NCBI GenBank assembly: GCA_964651815.1
Contig: CAZYWG010000003.1
Location: forward strand, 1 to 50,530
DNA length: 50,530 bases
Reading direction: 5' to 3'
DNA from: an uncultured Gammaproteobacteria bacterium
GTDB lineage: Bacteria > Patescibacteriota > Microgenomatia > Levybacterales > GWA1-39-11
The notes under the pieces were generated by a model, which did not search any database, was not told where the DNA came from, and saw only the letters and a program-made list of their open reading frames with translations. The position numbers were made by a program, and so were the translations under genes. Positions 9,740-20,385 of this stretch are shown here, one piece after another; the stretch's first letter is position 1; every line of letters begins with the position of its first letter.

Positions 9740-10864
9740 ATGGCTAATACTTTTACAACTACCTCAACCACCGGGTTTTTAAGTAGAATTATTAATTCAT
9801 TTTTTGGAATTATCCTGGGCCTCGCTTTATTTATTGGGTCCTTTTTCCTTTTATATTGGAATGAGGGGAGGTTTGATACTTCCATTCTCGCCAGAACTGC
9901 TGTTGAAGTAAATTCTCAAACGGCAGCGGACACAGCGCTTTCAGGGAAACTTGTTTCAACAACTGGGACTTTAGTATCATCTCAAATGGTAGGGGATAAT
10001 ATGTTTTTTACCCCCGGAAATTATATTGCTGTCAAGCGTACCGCCGAGATGTATTCATGGATCGAGGAAAAAAGCTCGACAAGTCACGACAATCTCGGTG
10101 GTTCTCAAACCACACAAACAACCTACACATACAAAACCGAATGGACAGAAAATCCCCCGGATTCGGCCAATTTTCAAAACCCAGCGGATCACACAAATCC
10201 AACAGAGGCGATAAAAAGTGATGTTGTCAGAACTCAAAGCGCAAACTTGGGTATTTATAGCCTTGATATGAAAAGCGTAGATTTGCCGAATTTTTCAAAA
10301 ATAACACTGACTCCGTCTCAGATTAGTGCGGCAAATGGAGTGAATCTTGCCGACAGCACTTATTTATTCTCGGGGAGAGGTAGTATGACAGGTCCGCAAG
10401 TAGGGGACGAACGAATAAGTTATTCTGTGGTTAATAGCGGAATAAACGCAACGGTTTTCGGCCAACTAAATGGAAGCACGATTTATCCGTATTACGACGC
10501 AAAAGAACACAGACTTTACAGAATATTTGACGGTACTCGGAATACTGCAATTTTTACGCTTCATAATGAATATTCTCAATTAACATGGATATTGCGTGCT
10601 GTAGGGTTTTTTGCAATGTGGTTTGGCATGATGATGGTACTGGGTCCTGTTAGCGTGATTTTGAGTTTCTTTCCTTTCTTCGGTTCGTTGAGCCGTGCAA
10701 TTCTTGGCGCTGTGACGTTTCTTATTGCCGTTGTATTAACCGGTGCGACAATAATCATTTCGATGATTTTTCATAATCCGGTTGTGCTTGCAGTAACAAT
10801 ACTCGTGATCCTTGTAGTTATCTTTGCCATTGCACAAAGAAGAAGAACCACCGGCGCGTTTTAA
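9740..10864 (+). CDS. TMEM43 (LUMA/DUF1625)-family membrane protein
   Basis: LLYWNEG, R.AEMYSW.E, PQVGDERISY; one N-terminal and three C-terminal TM helices. Confidence 0.8.
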   Translation: MANTFTTTSTTGFLSRIINSFFGIILGLALFIGSFFLLYWNEGRFDTSILARTAVEVNSQTAADTALSGKLVSTTGTLVSSQMVGDNMFFTPGNYIAVKRTAEMYSWIEEKSSTSHDNLGGSQTTQTTYTYKTEWTENPPDSANFQNPADHTNPTEAIKSDVVRTQSANLGIYSLDMKSVDLPNFSKITLTPSQISAANGVNLADSTYLFSGRGSMTGPQVGDERISYSVVNSGINATVFGQLNGSTIYPYYDAKEHRLYRIFDGTRNTAIFTLHNEYSQLTWILRAVGFFAMWFGMMMVLGPVSVILSFFPFFGSLSRAILGAVTFLIAVVLTGATIIISMIFHNPVVLAVTILVILVVIFAIAQRRRTTGAF

Positions 10865-10910
10865 ATACAGCCTCAAGTCTCAGCTTTACACAAACTGGTA
10901 TAATAAGGGT

Positions 10911-11540
10911 ATGTTCAATGTTTTGTTAGCTCGTTTTAAGATTTCTACATATGTCCGATATCTTCTTTTGGTTTTGGCGGCTATCGGAGTTCTTGCAATA
11001 ATTTATTTTGGTTTTAGAACATTCGGTAGTGGCACTTATATTAATACGAATTCCGCTGCGGTTGTAAAACAAATACAAGCACTAAACCGCTATGAAACAA
11101 CCTCTTTTTCAATCGAGAAAATAATAGACGCGGGAACTACCGGAAACGTTTTAAACCAACTTTTATTCGGAGACAAGCTCTTGCTTATAGCCCACGGGAA
11201 AGTTGTTGCAGGATTTGATTTTTCAAAACTTTCGAATAATTCTGTTCAAGTAAATGGTGCCACCATAACACTTAATTTACCCGCGCCCGAGGTTCTTTTT
11301 ACAACGCTTGATGAAGGTCAAACAAGAGTTTATGACAGAAGCACGGGATTACTGACAAAAGGAGACAAAGACCTTGAGACAAAAGCGCGTGAGGCAGCAC
11401 AAAATTCAATTACGCAAGCCGCATGCCAAGAAAATATTTTAGATGAGGCTGCAAAAAATGGCCGCAACCAATTAACTACACTTCTTAAATCCTTAGGGTT
11501 TACAACAGTTATTGTTAATATTCCTTCTGCTTCTTGTTAA
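10911..11540 (+). CDS. DUF4230-family membrane-anchored protein
   Basis: LLIAHGKVVAGFDFS, TLNLPAPEV, ILDEAAKN. Start chosen 6 nt after TGnTATAAT. Confidence 0.8.
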   Translation: MFNVLLARFKISTYVRYLLLVLAAIGVLAIIYFGFRTFGSGTYINTNSAAVVKQIQALNRYETTSFSIEKIIDAGTTGNVLNQLLFGDKLLLIAHGKVVAGFDFSKLSNNSVQVNGATITLNLPAPEVLFTTLDEGQTRVYDRSTGLLTKGDKDLETKAREAAQNSITQAACQENILDEAAKNGRNQLTTLLKSLGFTTVIVNIPSASC

Positions 11541-12766
11541 GGTTCTGTTTTGTGGGCGCGGAGGGCGGGCAAAGATAACACGAGGCCTACCATACAAATT
11601 ATCATAAAGACTGCGGCAGAAGCATACGGCAAATTTTTACCAATTCCATAAATATACGCAGCATATAGTGGTGCAATGACGCGAGTTACAGATTGCATTG
11701 ACTGGTTTGCGCCGTGTATTCTTCCTTGCTTTTGCGCTCCTACGGCATTTGAAACTAGGCCAGAAAAAGAAGGTTCAACAAGGCCGTCACCCGTGATTAA
11801 AATTATTACTCCCACATAAATAAGGATTAATGATGGGAAGAAGACAACCATGGAAGCAACACAAAACCCAACAAAAGTCAGGAAAAATCCCAAGAAAGAT
11901 GTTTTATAATCCCCCAAAATTGGAAGGAGTTTATTTACAAGAAAACCCTGCGCAAAAATATCTATTAACCCCACCACAAAAAGTAGAAAACCAATTTGCG
12001 AGGGATTCCATGATAAGACGTCTTTTAAAAATACAGAAGAAATAGCCTGCATTCCAACTAAACCCAAGAAAAACATAAAGCCAATAAAGAAAAGCCAACG
12101 GAGCGCGCTAACGGAAAATACGTGGCTAAATTGAGCAAAAGGGTTAAGGTGTTTGAAATCAAAGTGGACAATTCTGTGTTCTTGTTTTAGGCTTTCAGGC
12201 AAAACAAAATATCCCCAAACCATGTTGAGGGCGGCAATTCCTGCTGCTAAAAAAAGAGGGGCAGTCAGAAATATAGTGGAGGAGAGCCCTCCAATAGCGG
12301 GACCCAGCATAAATCCAACGCCGCCGGCCGCACCAAGCAGGCCAAAATATTTCCCGCGGTCTTCCTTTTTTGAAATATCTGCAATGTATGCGTAAATTGT
12401 ACTTATGTTGCCGCCTGTCAGTCCGTCTATGACACGTCCCAAAAGCAGCATCCAAATTGCACCTGCAAAACCCATTACTAAATATCCAATAACCGTTCCA
12501 AATAAACTAATTAGAAGTATTGGGCGGCGGCCGTATTTGTCGGATAACAGGCCAAGGCCAGGGGCTGCCAAAAACTGGCAGAACGCATAGGAAGACATAA
12601 GTAAACCAACGTTAAGGGCAATTTGTTCTGTGCTTGGGTTGTGAAGATATTTTTCCACTAGGAAAGGCAAAATGGGAATAACAATGCTAAACCCTAGAAA
12701 TGTCAAAAAAGTGGTGAGAAGAATAAAACTTAATGCGCGGTTTTGACTTGAGAAAATATTCTGCAT
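11537..12766 (-). CDS. MFS transporter (TetA/DHA1-like)
   Basis: GLLSDKYGRRP motif A; GFMLGPAIGG motif C; about 12 TM helices. Confidence 0.92.
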   Translation of the reverse strand: MQNIFSSQNRALSFILLTTFLTFLGFSIVIPILPFLVEKYLHNPSTEQIALNVGLLMSSYAFCQFLAAPGLGLLSDKYGRRPILLISLFGTVIGYLVMGFAGAIWMLLLGRVIDGLTGGNISTIYAYIADISKKEDRGKYFGLLGAAGGVGFMLGPAIGGLSSTIFLTAPLFLAAGIAALNMVWGYFVLPESLKQEHRIVHFDFKHLNPFAQFSHVFSVSALRWLFFIGFMFFLGLVGMQAISSVFLKDVLSWNPSQIGFLLFVVGLIDIFAQGFLVNKLLPILGDYKTSFLGFFLTFVGFCVASMVVFFPSLILIYVGVIILITGDGLVEPSFSGLVSNAVGAQKQGRIHGANQSMQSVTRVIAPLYAAYIYGIGKNLPYASAAVFMIICMVGLVLSLPALRAHKTEP

Positions 12767-12820
12767 ATTTCATCTTACCAAAAAGATAGTGACAGAGAGT
12801 AAGTAGAAGTAGAAAGATAA

Positions 12821-13378
12821 TTATTTAAACAATTTGCCTTTTTTCCAGGGGGTACCAAGAATTGGCAGAAGATAACGGTCGGCACCCAAAAATCCTGCAA
12901 CTCGCCACGCGAGTATCAAAAGTAATTCGAGCAAGAATAGAACAGGATTTGTGCTGATTGTACCCGCAAAAAGGTAATTCATATTCATAAAGGCACCAAA
13001 GAATGCGGCAATCCCTGTGAAAATTCCGAGTATTAGTCCAACACCTACAAATAATTCACCAAAAGCAACAACGTGTGAAAAAAGTGAAGCGTTTGGTAAA
13101 ATTGCACTCTTCAAAAAGTCGGCATACCAACCTGAAACATCAGGATGTGCACCGGCAGTTTTTGCAATTGCGCCATTTAGAAATCCGGAAATTGCTCCTC
13201 CGGCGTTTGGCCCTACCCAGGCAGGATTATTTACTTTTGCCCATCCGGCAACAAGCCATTCCCAGCCAACATAAACCCTGATAATTAGCCAAAGAGGCGC
13301 AAGTTTTGTATTTGCAAAGAAAAATTTTGAAATAAACGGTTCCGGAATATCAATATATGATGAATTTGTCTTTGCCAT
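12821..13378 (-). CDS. DoxX/DoxD-like membrane protein
   Basis: RVYVGWEWLVAGWAK, GELFVGVGLILG, MNMNYLFAG. Confidence 0.85.
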   Translation of the reverse strand: MAKTNSSYIDIPEPFISKFFFANTKLAPLWLIIRVYVGWEWLVAGWAKVNNPAWVGPNAGGAISGFLNGAIAKTAGAHPDVSGWYADFLKSAILPNASLFSHVVAFGELFVGVGLILGIFTGIAAFFGAFMNMNYLFAGTISTNPVLFLLELLLILAWRVAGFLGADRYLLPILGTPWKKGKLFK

Positions 13379-13498
13379 ACTTTAAAGGTATCAGCTGCTG
13401 GAGTAGAAAGTCAATAGAAAGGTTAGATTTGGATAGAAGTTTTGATGACCCATTGTTTCTAAAAAAAGAATAAGGTATTTTATAGCAGATTCAGAAGT

Positions 13499-14200
13499 TT
13501 AATTTTCTTTTGTTGGGTCTTGATTAAGGTTGGGTGGAGATAATAAAAACATAGCCTCGATTTGTTGAAGTTTTTCTAAATCTCCCGGTACTGCAATTTG
13601 TAGTCCCTCAGTGTACAGGTGTGGGACGGGCGCTAATGGTCCTGAATCAATTGGGTAATATCCATCATGAAAACTAGCATCACCATTTTCCCTGATATCC
13701 TTACTTCTTGCCTCAAATCTTAAACCGTTGGGAAAAAAGACTTGAAGCCGCAATTGTTGCAGAAAACGTAGTTCTTCTTCTGTTAGCTTATTAGCTCTAT
13801 CTGGTTCATCTCTTTCAAGATAAACTCCTAGCAGCAAAGGGCTACTTAATATATCTTCAGAGTTGAATCTTATAAGGTCTGCTTTTTTATTTAATCTTGT
13901 ATTTTTATCTAAGTCTTGGGATGTCACTTGATATCCATCTTCAGGAAAGAAAGGGGCAAAAGCCTGTGCTCTGTTTTTATAAGCAGGAAAGGCGTGAGCG
14001 AGTACAGGTAATTTAGGAAGAAAGCCTTTTGTACCAAGAGAAACTCTAGAATCAAATATGGGAAATCCCTTGTAGCCGTAGTCACCGGATGAAGTTTCTG
14101 TCCTGGTTCTGTTAGGAACAAATAACTTAAAGGTTTCTCCAATCTGAACTGTTTCAGTAGGAGGGGTATTAATAGGTTCCGGAGCTTCATTAAATTCCAT
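13499..14200 (-). CDS. Hypothetical protein
   Basis: 233-aa ORF with TGATATAAT just upstream. Confidence 0.7.
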   Translation of the reverse strand: MEFNEAPEPINTPPTETVQIGETFKLFVPNRTRTETSSGDYGYKGFPIFDSRVSLGTKGFLPKLPVLAHAFPAYKNRAQAFAPFFPEDGYQVTSQDLDKNTRLNKKADLIRFNSEDILSSPLLLGVYLERDEPDRANKLTEEELRFLQQLRLQVFFPNGLRFEARSKDIRENGDASFHDGYYPIDSGPLAPVPHLYTEGLQIAVPGDLEKLQQIEAMFLLSPPNLNQDPTKEN

Positions 14201-14336
14201 GCCTATTAAATTATATCACTCCGGTAGCAAAATACTTTAAAGTAGGGCATCTACATCGACTCTGGGAATTTGACTTTGTGTTGACTGGGAATTTCTAAAA
14301 GCAAATGCCTTTGGTTTCTAATGATATAATAAACAC

Positions 14337-14705
14337 ATGAGTCATATTCTTGGAATTGGTGGTTTCCTTTTTCGCGCAGAGAATCCTGAGGAATTAAAGA
14401 AATGGTATATAGAAACGCTTGGTATAGACATCAAAGACTATGTTTGGCAGCAAAAAGCCGGTCCTACGGTTTTTCAACCAACGGCCCGCGACAGTGCTGA
14501 GTTTAGCATGGATAAGCAGTGGATAATCAACTTCCGCGTTGATAATCTCAAGGAATTGATAACAGAGCTCAAATCAAAAAACGTTGAGGTTGAGGAACGT
14601 GATGAATGGAATGTTTCTCCAGAAGAAGTAGGTACTTTTGCACGAATCCAAGATCCAGAAGGAAATCCAATAGAGCTTTGGCAACCCGGAGAAAAACAAG
14701 AATAG
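14337..14705 (+). CDS. VOC/glyoxalase-family protein
   Basis: GIGGFLFRA, INFRVDNL, DPEGNPIELWQP. Confidence 0.9.
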   Translation: MSHILGIGGFLFRAENPEELKKWYIETLGIDIKDYVWQQKAGPTVFQPTARDSAEFSMDKQWIINFRVDNLKELITELKSKNVEVEERDEWNVSPEEVGTFARIQDPEGNPIELWQPGEKQE

Positions 14706-14761
14706 CCTTTTGCACACTGCTTAGTTCCGTTCCCTCAAGCTTCTTGATATAATCATTTCTT

Positions 14762-15862
14762 ATGGCGAATGTTTCGGTAGGCATAGTTGGACTTCCAAAT
14801 GTCGGTAAGTCGACTCTTTTTAATGCGCTTCTCAAAAAACAGCAGGCTCTGGCTGCCAATTATCCTTTTGCAACTATTGAACCCAATGTTGGGATTGTTG
14901 CGGTGCCGGACGAACGGCTCGAAAAATTGGCAGAGATTACAAAATCGGAAGAAAATATGAATTCGCTTCCGCCCCTTCGGCCCGCGACTGTTGAATTTGT
15001 GGATATTGCCGGTCTTGTCAAAGGTGCTTCTGAAGGTGCCGGACTTGGGAATAAATTCTTGTCACACATTAGGGAAGTAAAAATCATTGCGCATGTAGTG
15101 CGGGCTTTTGAGGACGGAAACATAGTCCGCGAGGGTAGCGTTGACCCAAAAACAGATTATGAAACTATCCGGACAGAACTAGCTTTATCCGATTTACAAA
15201 CAATCTCAGCTTCAAAACAAAAAACAAAAGGTGCAACAGTGCTTCTTGATAAAATCGAAAAGGCACTTAACGATGGTATGAGTATAACTGGCTTAGAATT
15301 TTCAAAAGAAGAGAAAGAGTTTGTCCAAAGCCTCAATTTACTCTCCAGCAAGCCGGAAATAATAGTGTTGAATGTGCCGGAGCAGGATTACACTAACGAT
15401 AAAATCCCGGAGATAGCCCAGAAATATTTACAAGAGATTGCGACAGCTTCGGTTGGTAATGACAATATTGTTGTGATCTGCGCAAAGATTGAATCGGAAT
15501 TGGCGGAGCTAACGGACGAGGAGCAAAAAGAATATTTGAAGGATTTGGGAATTGAGGAATCGGGCTTAACGCGTTTAATCAAAAAAGCTTATGGCGAGCT
15601 CGGATTAATTTCATTTTTGACATGTGGTGAAAAAGAAGTGAAGGCGTGGACAGTCCGCGCGGGTTCTACAGCGCCTGAAGCAGCCGGTGAGATTCACACG
15701 GATTTTATAAAAAATTTTATAAAAGCAGAAGTTGTTTCTTACAATGATTTTGTAGCAAATGGGGGCTGGAAGAATTCTCGATCCTCCGGAAAAGAGCGAA
15801 TGGAAGGCCGTGACTATATTATGAACGATGGGGACGTTGTAGAGTTCAAGATAGGAAGATAA
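14762..15862 (+). CDS. ychF: Redox-regulated ATPase YchF
   Basis: [32 protein letters not shown]-terminal TGS domain (IHTDF, GDVVEF). Confidence 0.97.
   Translation: MANVSVGIVGLPNVGKSTLFNALLKKQQALAANYPFATIEPNVGIVAVPDERLEKLAEITKSEENMNSLPPLRPATVEFVDIAGLVKGASEGAGLGNKFLSHIREVKIIAHVVRAFEDGNIVREGSVDPKTDYETIRTELALSDLQTISASKQKTKGATVLLDKIEKALNDGMSITGLEFSKEEKEFVQSLNLLSSKPEIIVLNVPEQDYTNDKIPEIAQKYLQEIATASVGNDNIVVICAKIESELAELTDEEQKEYLKDLGIEESGLTRLIKKAYGELGLISFLTCGEKEVKAWTVRAGSTAPEAAGEIHTDFIKNFIKAEVVSYNDFVANGGWKNSRSSGKERMEGRDYIMNDGDVVEFKIGR
15434..15463 (+). repeat. In-frame GAGATTGC...AATGAC repeat element in ychF
   Basis: GAGATTGCGACAGCTTCGGTTGGTAATGAC encodes [10 protein letters not shown]; same termini as the copies at 22671 and 25272. 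Confidence 0.55.
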
Positions 15863-16048
15863 GTGCCCTACACGTCGCCCCATAAAATGGGTCTCCTAAG
15901 GGTGCCATCATATTTTTAAGGAATGCACAAATTTAAAATAGGCCGCTAAATCAGTGCTTCTTTCTATTTTCTTACATTTCCTTAACGCACTTCTTCAAAG
16001 CAAATACTTAAATACAGATAGGCAGGGAAGAATTCTCCTGGTTTGTCT

Positions 16049-17797
16049 ATGGTGGCACAACTTAAAAAGGTGAGAAACTACAGAAATATTGTTGATCTTG
16101 GATCTAAAGAAGATTATCTTAGTGATTATATTAAGAGGGAAGAGGAAGCCGAAAAGTTTATGGCTCGTGCGACAAAGCTTTTAATGTCTTCTCTTAACTA
16201 CGGTCTTACCCTTAAAAAACTTGCACAACTTTTAGTCCCCCGTCTTGCCGATTTTTCCGTAGTAAATATCATAAATGATAAGGGAAAACTTGAGCAAATT
16301 GCCGTTGCCCACACTGACCCAAAAAAAGTTGCTTGGGCGCTTTCCTTGCAGAAAAAGTTGGCAAAATACACAACAGAAGACCAGCGAAAAAAAGATCTTG
16401 AAAGATTGATGGTGGGAAAAGCTCAGCTATATCCTGCAATTACAAAAGAACTTCTTGATAAATCAATTAAGTCGCCTGAACAAAGAAAACTTGTTGATAT
16501 GCTTGATCTTAAGTCTGTGATTACAGTTCCTATTACTTCCGGAAAGAAAGTTTTAGGATCTGTGTCTCTTGTTTCAACGGGAAATGGTCACCAGTATGAT
16601 GATAAGGATTTAAAAATAGCCCAAGAAATTGGCCGGCGCGCCGGCCAGGCAATTGAAAATGCGAGCCTTTACTACGCCGCCCAAAAAGAAATCAAAAAAA
16701 GAAAGAAAATAGAAGAAGAGCTCAGGCGGTCCAGGGAGCAGCTGAGCGTGATTCTTGAAAATGTTGCTGATGGAATATCTGTTTTTGATGAAAATGCAAA
16801 AGTTGTTTTTGTTAACCATGCTATTGCACTTGCATCAGGATATAGGACAACAAAAGGAATGTTACATGAACCGGAAAAATGGCAGAATATTTTTGAAGTG
16901 ACAAATGAGGCAGGTGAGCAACTTGCCATCAATGAGCTCCCAGGCAGACGTGCTGTATTAACAAAATCATACGTTGAGGAGACATTAAAATCGTTTAACA
17001 AAAAAACAGGGGACACAAAGTGGAGTATAAACCGAGCGCGTCCCATTTTTGATAATAAAGGTAACTTAAAAGGGGCGGTTAGTATAACTCATGACATAAC
17101 CCAGAGAAAAGAATTAGAAAGGAAAAAGGATGACTTTATAAGCATTGCGTCCCACGAGTTGAAAACTCCAATTACTTCTATCAAAGGATTTGTGCACATT
17201 TTGAGTAAAAGACTCGAGGAAAATGATAAGCCGTCTTATGACCTTCTTTCACGAGTTGATTTTCAGCTTGATAAATTAACAGATCTTATAGAAGAACTTC
17301 TTGAGATGTCGCGTTCGCGTCATGGCAAATTGGTTTATAAAAAAAAGACATTTGATTTCTCAACACTCGTAAACGAGGTAGTGGACGACATGCAGCAAAC
17401 AAATGAGAAGTACAAAATAATTTTAGTCAACGGAATTAAGCAAAAAATTAGAGGAGATAGAGAGCGTTTATCACAGGTTTTGGTGAATCTTATCAATAAT
17501 GCTATAAAATATTCACCTGATAGCGAGAAAATAATCGTTAGAGTCAAAAAAAATGAAGGATCTCTTCAGGTGGGGATCCGCGACTTTGGGATTGGAATTG
17601 ACAGACGTGAGCGCGAGCGCATTTTTGACAGGTTTTATAGGGTTGAAAGCCCTGAGCATAAAACTTTTCCAGGACTTGGAGTTGGATTGTATCTTTCTAG
17701 GGAAATTATTGAAAGACACAAGGGCAAAATATGGTTTGAAAGCAAGCGAGGGAAGGGCTCTACCTTTTATTTTGAAATTCCATTTAAGGTAAACTAA
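16049..17797 (+). CDS. GAF+PAS sensor histidine kinase
   Basis: H-box ASHELKTPIT; N-box NLINNAIKYS; G1 DFGIGI; G2 GLGVGL. Confidence 0.95.
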   Translation: MVAQLKKVRNYRNIVDLGSKEDYLSDYIKREEEAEKFMARATKLLMSSLNYGLTLKKLAQLLVPRLADFSVVNIINDKGKLEQIAVAHTDPKKVAWALSLQKKLAKYTTEDQRKKDLERLMVGKAQLYPAITKELLDKSIKSPEQRKLVDMLDLKSVITVPITSGKKVLGSVSLVSTGNGHQYDDKDLKIAQEIGRRAGQAIENASLYYAAQKEIKKRKKIEEELRRSREQLSVILENVADGISVFDENAKVVFVNHAIALASGYRTTKGMLHEPEKWQNIFEVTNEAGEQLAINELPGRRAVLTKSYVEETLKSFNKKTGDTKWSINRARPIFDNKGNLKGAVSITHDITQRKELERKKDDFISIASHELKTPITSIKGFVHILSKRLEENDKPSYDLLSRVDFQLDKLTDLIEELLEMSRSRHGKLVYKKKTFDFSTLVNEVVDDMQQTNEKYKIILVNGIKQKIRGDRERLSQVLVNLINNAIKYSPDSEKIIVRVKKNEGSLQVGIRDFGIGIDRRERERIFDRFYRVESPEHKTFPGLGVGLYLSREIIERHKGKIWFESKRGKGSTFYFEIPFKVN

Positions 17798-17799
17798 TT

Positions 17800-18177
17800 A
17801 TGATTATGGCTAAGAGAATTTTAGTGGTTGATGATGATCCGGCGATTCTTGAAGTGATTGAAATTATTCTGTTGGAAAATAAGTATGATGTTGAGACATC
17901 ACGCTCCGGGCGCGTTTTTAGGGATTTGAAAAACAAGCCGGATTTAATTTTGCTTGACGTTTTACTAAGCGGAGAGGATGGGCGGGATATTGTAAAAAAA
18001 CTCAAGTTGGATGATAAGACCCGGGACATCCCGGTTGTCATGATTTCTGCCCACCCAAGTGCAGGCGACACTGTGAGAAAATTTGGCGCGAATGATTTTT
18101 TGTCAAAGCCGTTTGATATTGATGACCTTCTCAGGATAATTAAAAAAAACATGAAGAAGGCAAGTATTCATAATTAA
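17800..18177 (+). CDS. Single-domain response regulator
   Basis: LVVDDD, LLDVLL, MISA, KPFD. Confidence 0.93.
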   Translation: MIMAKRILVVDDDPAILEVIEIILLENKYDVETSRSGRVFRDLKNKPDLILLDVLLSGEDGRDIVKKLKLDDKTRDIPVVMISAHPSAGDTVRKFGANDFLSKPFDIDDLLRIIKKNMKKASIHN

Positions 18178-18234
18178 CCAAATAAATCCACAATTGACAA
18201 AGATCAGAAAAATTTGTTAAATGTCAGAAGTTCT

Positions 18235-18576
18235 ATGTCTAAGGGAGAACAGGATTGTATTTTTTGCAAAATTGTCAAAGGGGAAATTCCCAAAGATTTC
18301 AGGTTTGAAGACGAATTATTAGTGGCGTTTGATGATATCCACCCGCAGGCAGACACTCATGTTTTGTTTGTGCCAAAAAAACACATAAACAGTTTTGATG
18401 TTTTGTCTCAAATGGACGAGAAAATTCTTTCGTCATTAAGGGTTGGGGTAAATAAAATAGTCCAAGAAGCAAAGCTTTTTAACCGCGGCTACAAAGTCCA
18501 GTTGTTTGCAGGCGGCGCGCAAACTATTGACCATCTTCATTTTCACCTTATAGGTCCTATTGGCCTGAGAGTATAA
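18235..18576 (+). CDS. HIT-family nucleotide-binding protein
   Basis: CIFCKIV and HLHFH histidine triad. Confidence 0.92.
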   Translation: MSKGEQDCIFCKIVKGEIPKDFRFEDELLVAFDDIHPQADTHVLFVPKKHINSFDVLSQMDEKILSSLRVGVNKIVQEAKLFNRGYKVQLFAGGAQTIDHLHFHLIGPIGLRV

Positions 18577-18710
18577 ATCAGCCAGAGGCTTCTTTTTCAA
18601 CAGGGTTTGTAATATAATGTAGATACTATAGTTCGAATTCAATGTTTGAACTCAAGATGTTACTCGCGCAGTTTATGTGCGTGAGATTCTAAAAGGAGGT
18701 GTTTTTTATT

Positions 18711-18899
18711 ATGGTTTTTGTTAAAAAATCAACAGGAGATTCGCCAGACGCAATGATTCGCAAATTTTCTCGCAAAGTAATGAGCGAGGGTATTATTCAG
18801 GAAATGAAGAAACGAGAGTTTCACTTGAAGCCTTCTTTGGCCCGAAAATATAGAAAAGAACTTGCCCGCAAATTTGCTAAGATCAATAATCACAACTAA
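18711..18899 (+). CDS. rpsU: 30S ribosomal protein S21
   Basis: IRKFSRKV..EG...E.KKREFHLKPS; AAGGAGGTG SD. Confidence 0.9.
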   Translation: MVFVKKSTGDSPDAMIRKFSRKVMSEGIIQEMKKREFHLKPSLARKYRKELARKFAKINNHN

Positions 18900-19011
18900 G
18901 CATTTGTGCATAGAAATCTAAAGAACCAAGCATCAAGCTTCAAACAAATATTTAACGTTAAATAATTAAAACTATTTTGCGATTTGGAATTTGGATCTTG
19001 GAATTTGATTT

Positions 19012-19395
19012 ATGGATGTTTCCGTTCCAATTTATATTGAGAGTCGCTATAGGGTGAATCGAAAAAGAATCAAGCAAGCAGTTGTTGATACTCTTTCAAA
19101 AAATGGTGTCACAAGCCCCGCGGAAGTATCAGTTGCAATAATTGGGGACCGCAAAATGCGCGCACTCAACAAAAAGTACAGAAAAATTGATAAAACAACA
19201 AATGTTTTGTCTTTTCCACTTGCGGAGGGTAAAAAAGTTCCACTTCCTACAGACAAACTTTATCTTGGAGACGTAGTTATCTCTTATCCCGTTGTCATAA
19301 CTGAGGCATCTCAATATAACAAGCTAGTGGATGATTGGGTTGCGGAACTTGTAGAGCACGGCGTCACACATTTACTCGGTATTCACCATAAATAA
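19012..19395 (+). CDS. ybeY: rRNA maturation endoribonuclease YbeY
   Basis: LNKKYR..DKTTNVLSF, LGDVVIS, HGVTHLLGIHH. Confidence 0.93.
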   Translation: MDVSVPIYIESRYRVNRKRIKQAVVDTLSKNGVTSPAEVSVAIIGDRKMRALNKKYRKIDKTTNVLSFPLAEGKKVPLPTDKLYLGDVVISYPVVITEASQYNKLVDDWVAELVEHGVTHLLGIHHK

Positions 19396-19437
19396 CTCCT
19401 TATTGACAGTCTTTATATGCAGTAATATCATTTCAGT

Positions 19438-20385
19438 ATGAAGATTGCAGTTTTTTATCCACGGGAAAACTTTACAGAAGAGCAGAGAATTAGACTTTCA
19501 AAACTTGGTGAAGTTACATATATAGATCCACCAATCGAACACGATCTTGAAGAGCTAAAAAAAATTGCTGCCGGCGCAGATATATTAGCAATAGATCCTG
19601 ATAATTTTGGTGGTTTTGAAAAGGCCAGAGACAGAGTAACCGAACTCTTGGAAACACTACCTAATTTAATAGGGTTAGCACTTGATACAACATCGTTTGG
19701 CTATATAGATGTTGATTATTGTAGGAAGAGAAATCTTGTGGTTACAGATTGTCCTGGTTGGTCGCGTGAAACAGTTGCTGAGTTATCTCTCGCAATGTTG
19801 TTAAATCTTTCAAAAAAAATTATTTTTAACGACCGCAAAACCCAAAAAGGTGAATTTAAACTAGAAATGGGCTACGAATTAAAGGGAAAGAAACTAGGAA
19901 TTATTGGTGTAGGAAGTATTGGGAGCGCAACTGCTGAATTAGCCCGTGGAATTGGAATGGTAACTATTGGATATAACCATTTTCCAAAAAAAGTTGATGG
20001 TATTGAGATGAAGAATTCTCTTGACGATTTATTAAAAGAATCTGATGCTATTTCAATACATATTACTCATCGGGATGAAAATAAACATTTCATCGGGAAA
20101 GATCAAATTTCAAAAATGAAGAGCGGAGTAATTATTGTAAATATGGCAGATCGTGAACAAGTAGACGAGGAGGCAATGGCTGAAGCTATGAAGAGCGGTA
20201 AGGTTTTTGGTTATGCATTTGAAGGAGAAGATTTAACAAGTACGCCGCTTGCAAAAGTAGACAATGCAATTGGTTTAAAAGGTTTTGGTTGGTATACAAA
20301 GGAAGCTCTTGAACGTTTGTTTGAAGTTTGGGTTAAAAAGATTGAATCGATAGCAAAAGGTAAACCCCAAAACGTAGTTTCTTAG
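19438..20385 (+). CDS. D-isomer-specific 2-hydroxyacid dehydrogenase-like protein (atypical active site)
   Basis: ETVAE, ELKGKKLGIIGVGSIG, MKSGVIIVN; canonical TPH His absent. Confidence 0.85.
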   Translation: MKIAVFYPRENFTEEQRIRLSKLGEVTYIDPPIEHDLEELKKIAAGADILAIDPDNFGGFEKARDRVTELLETLPNLIGLALDTTSFGYIDVDYCRKRNLVVTDCPGWSRETVAELSLAMLLNLSKKIIFNDRKTQKGEFKLEMGYELKGKKLGIIGVGSIGSATAELARGIGMVTIGYNHFPKKVDGIEMKNSLDDLLKESDAISIHITHRDENKHFIGKDQISKMKSGVIIVNMADREQVDEEAMAEAMKSGKVFGYAFEGEDLTSTPLAKVDNAIGLKGFGWYTKEALERLFEVWVKKIESIAKGKPQNVVS

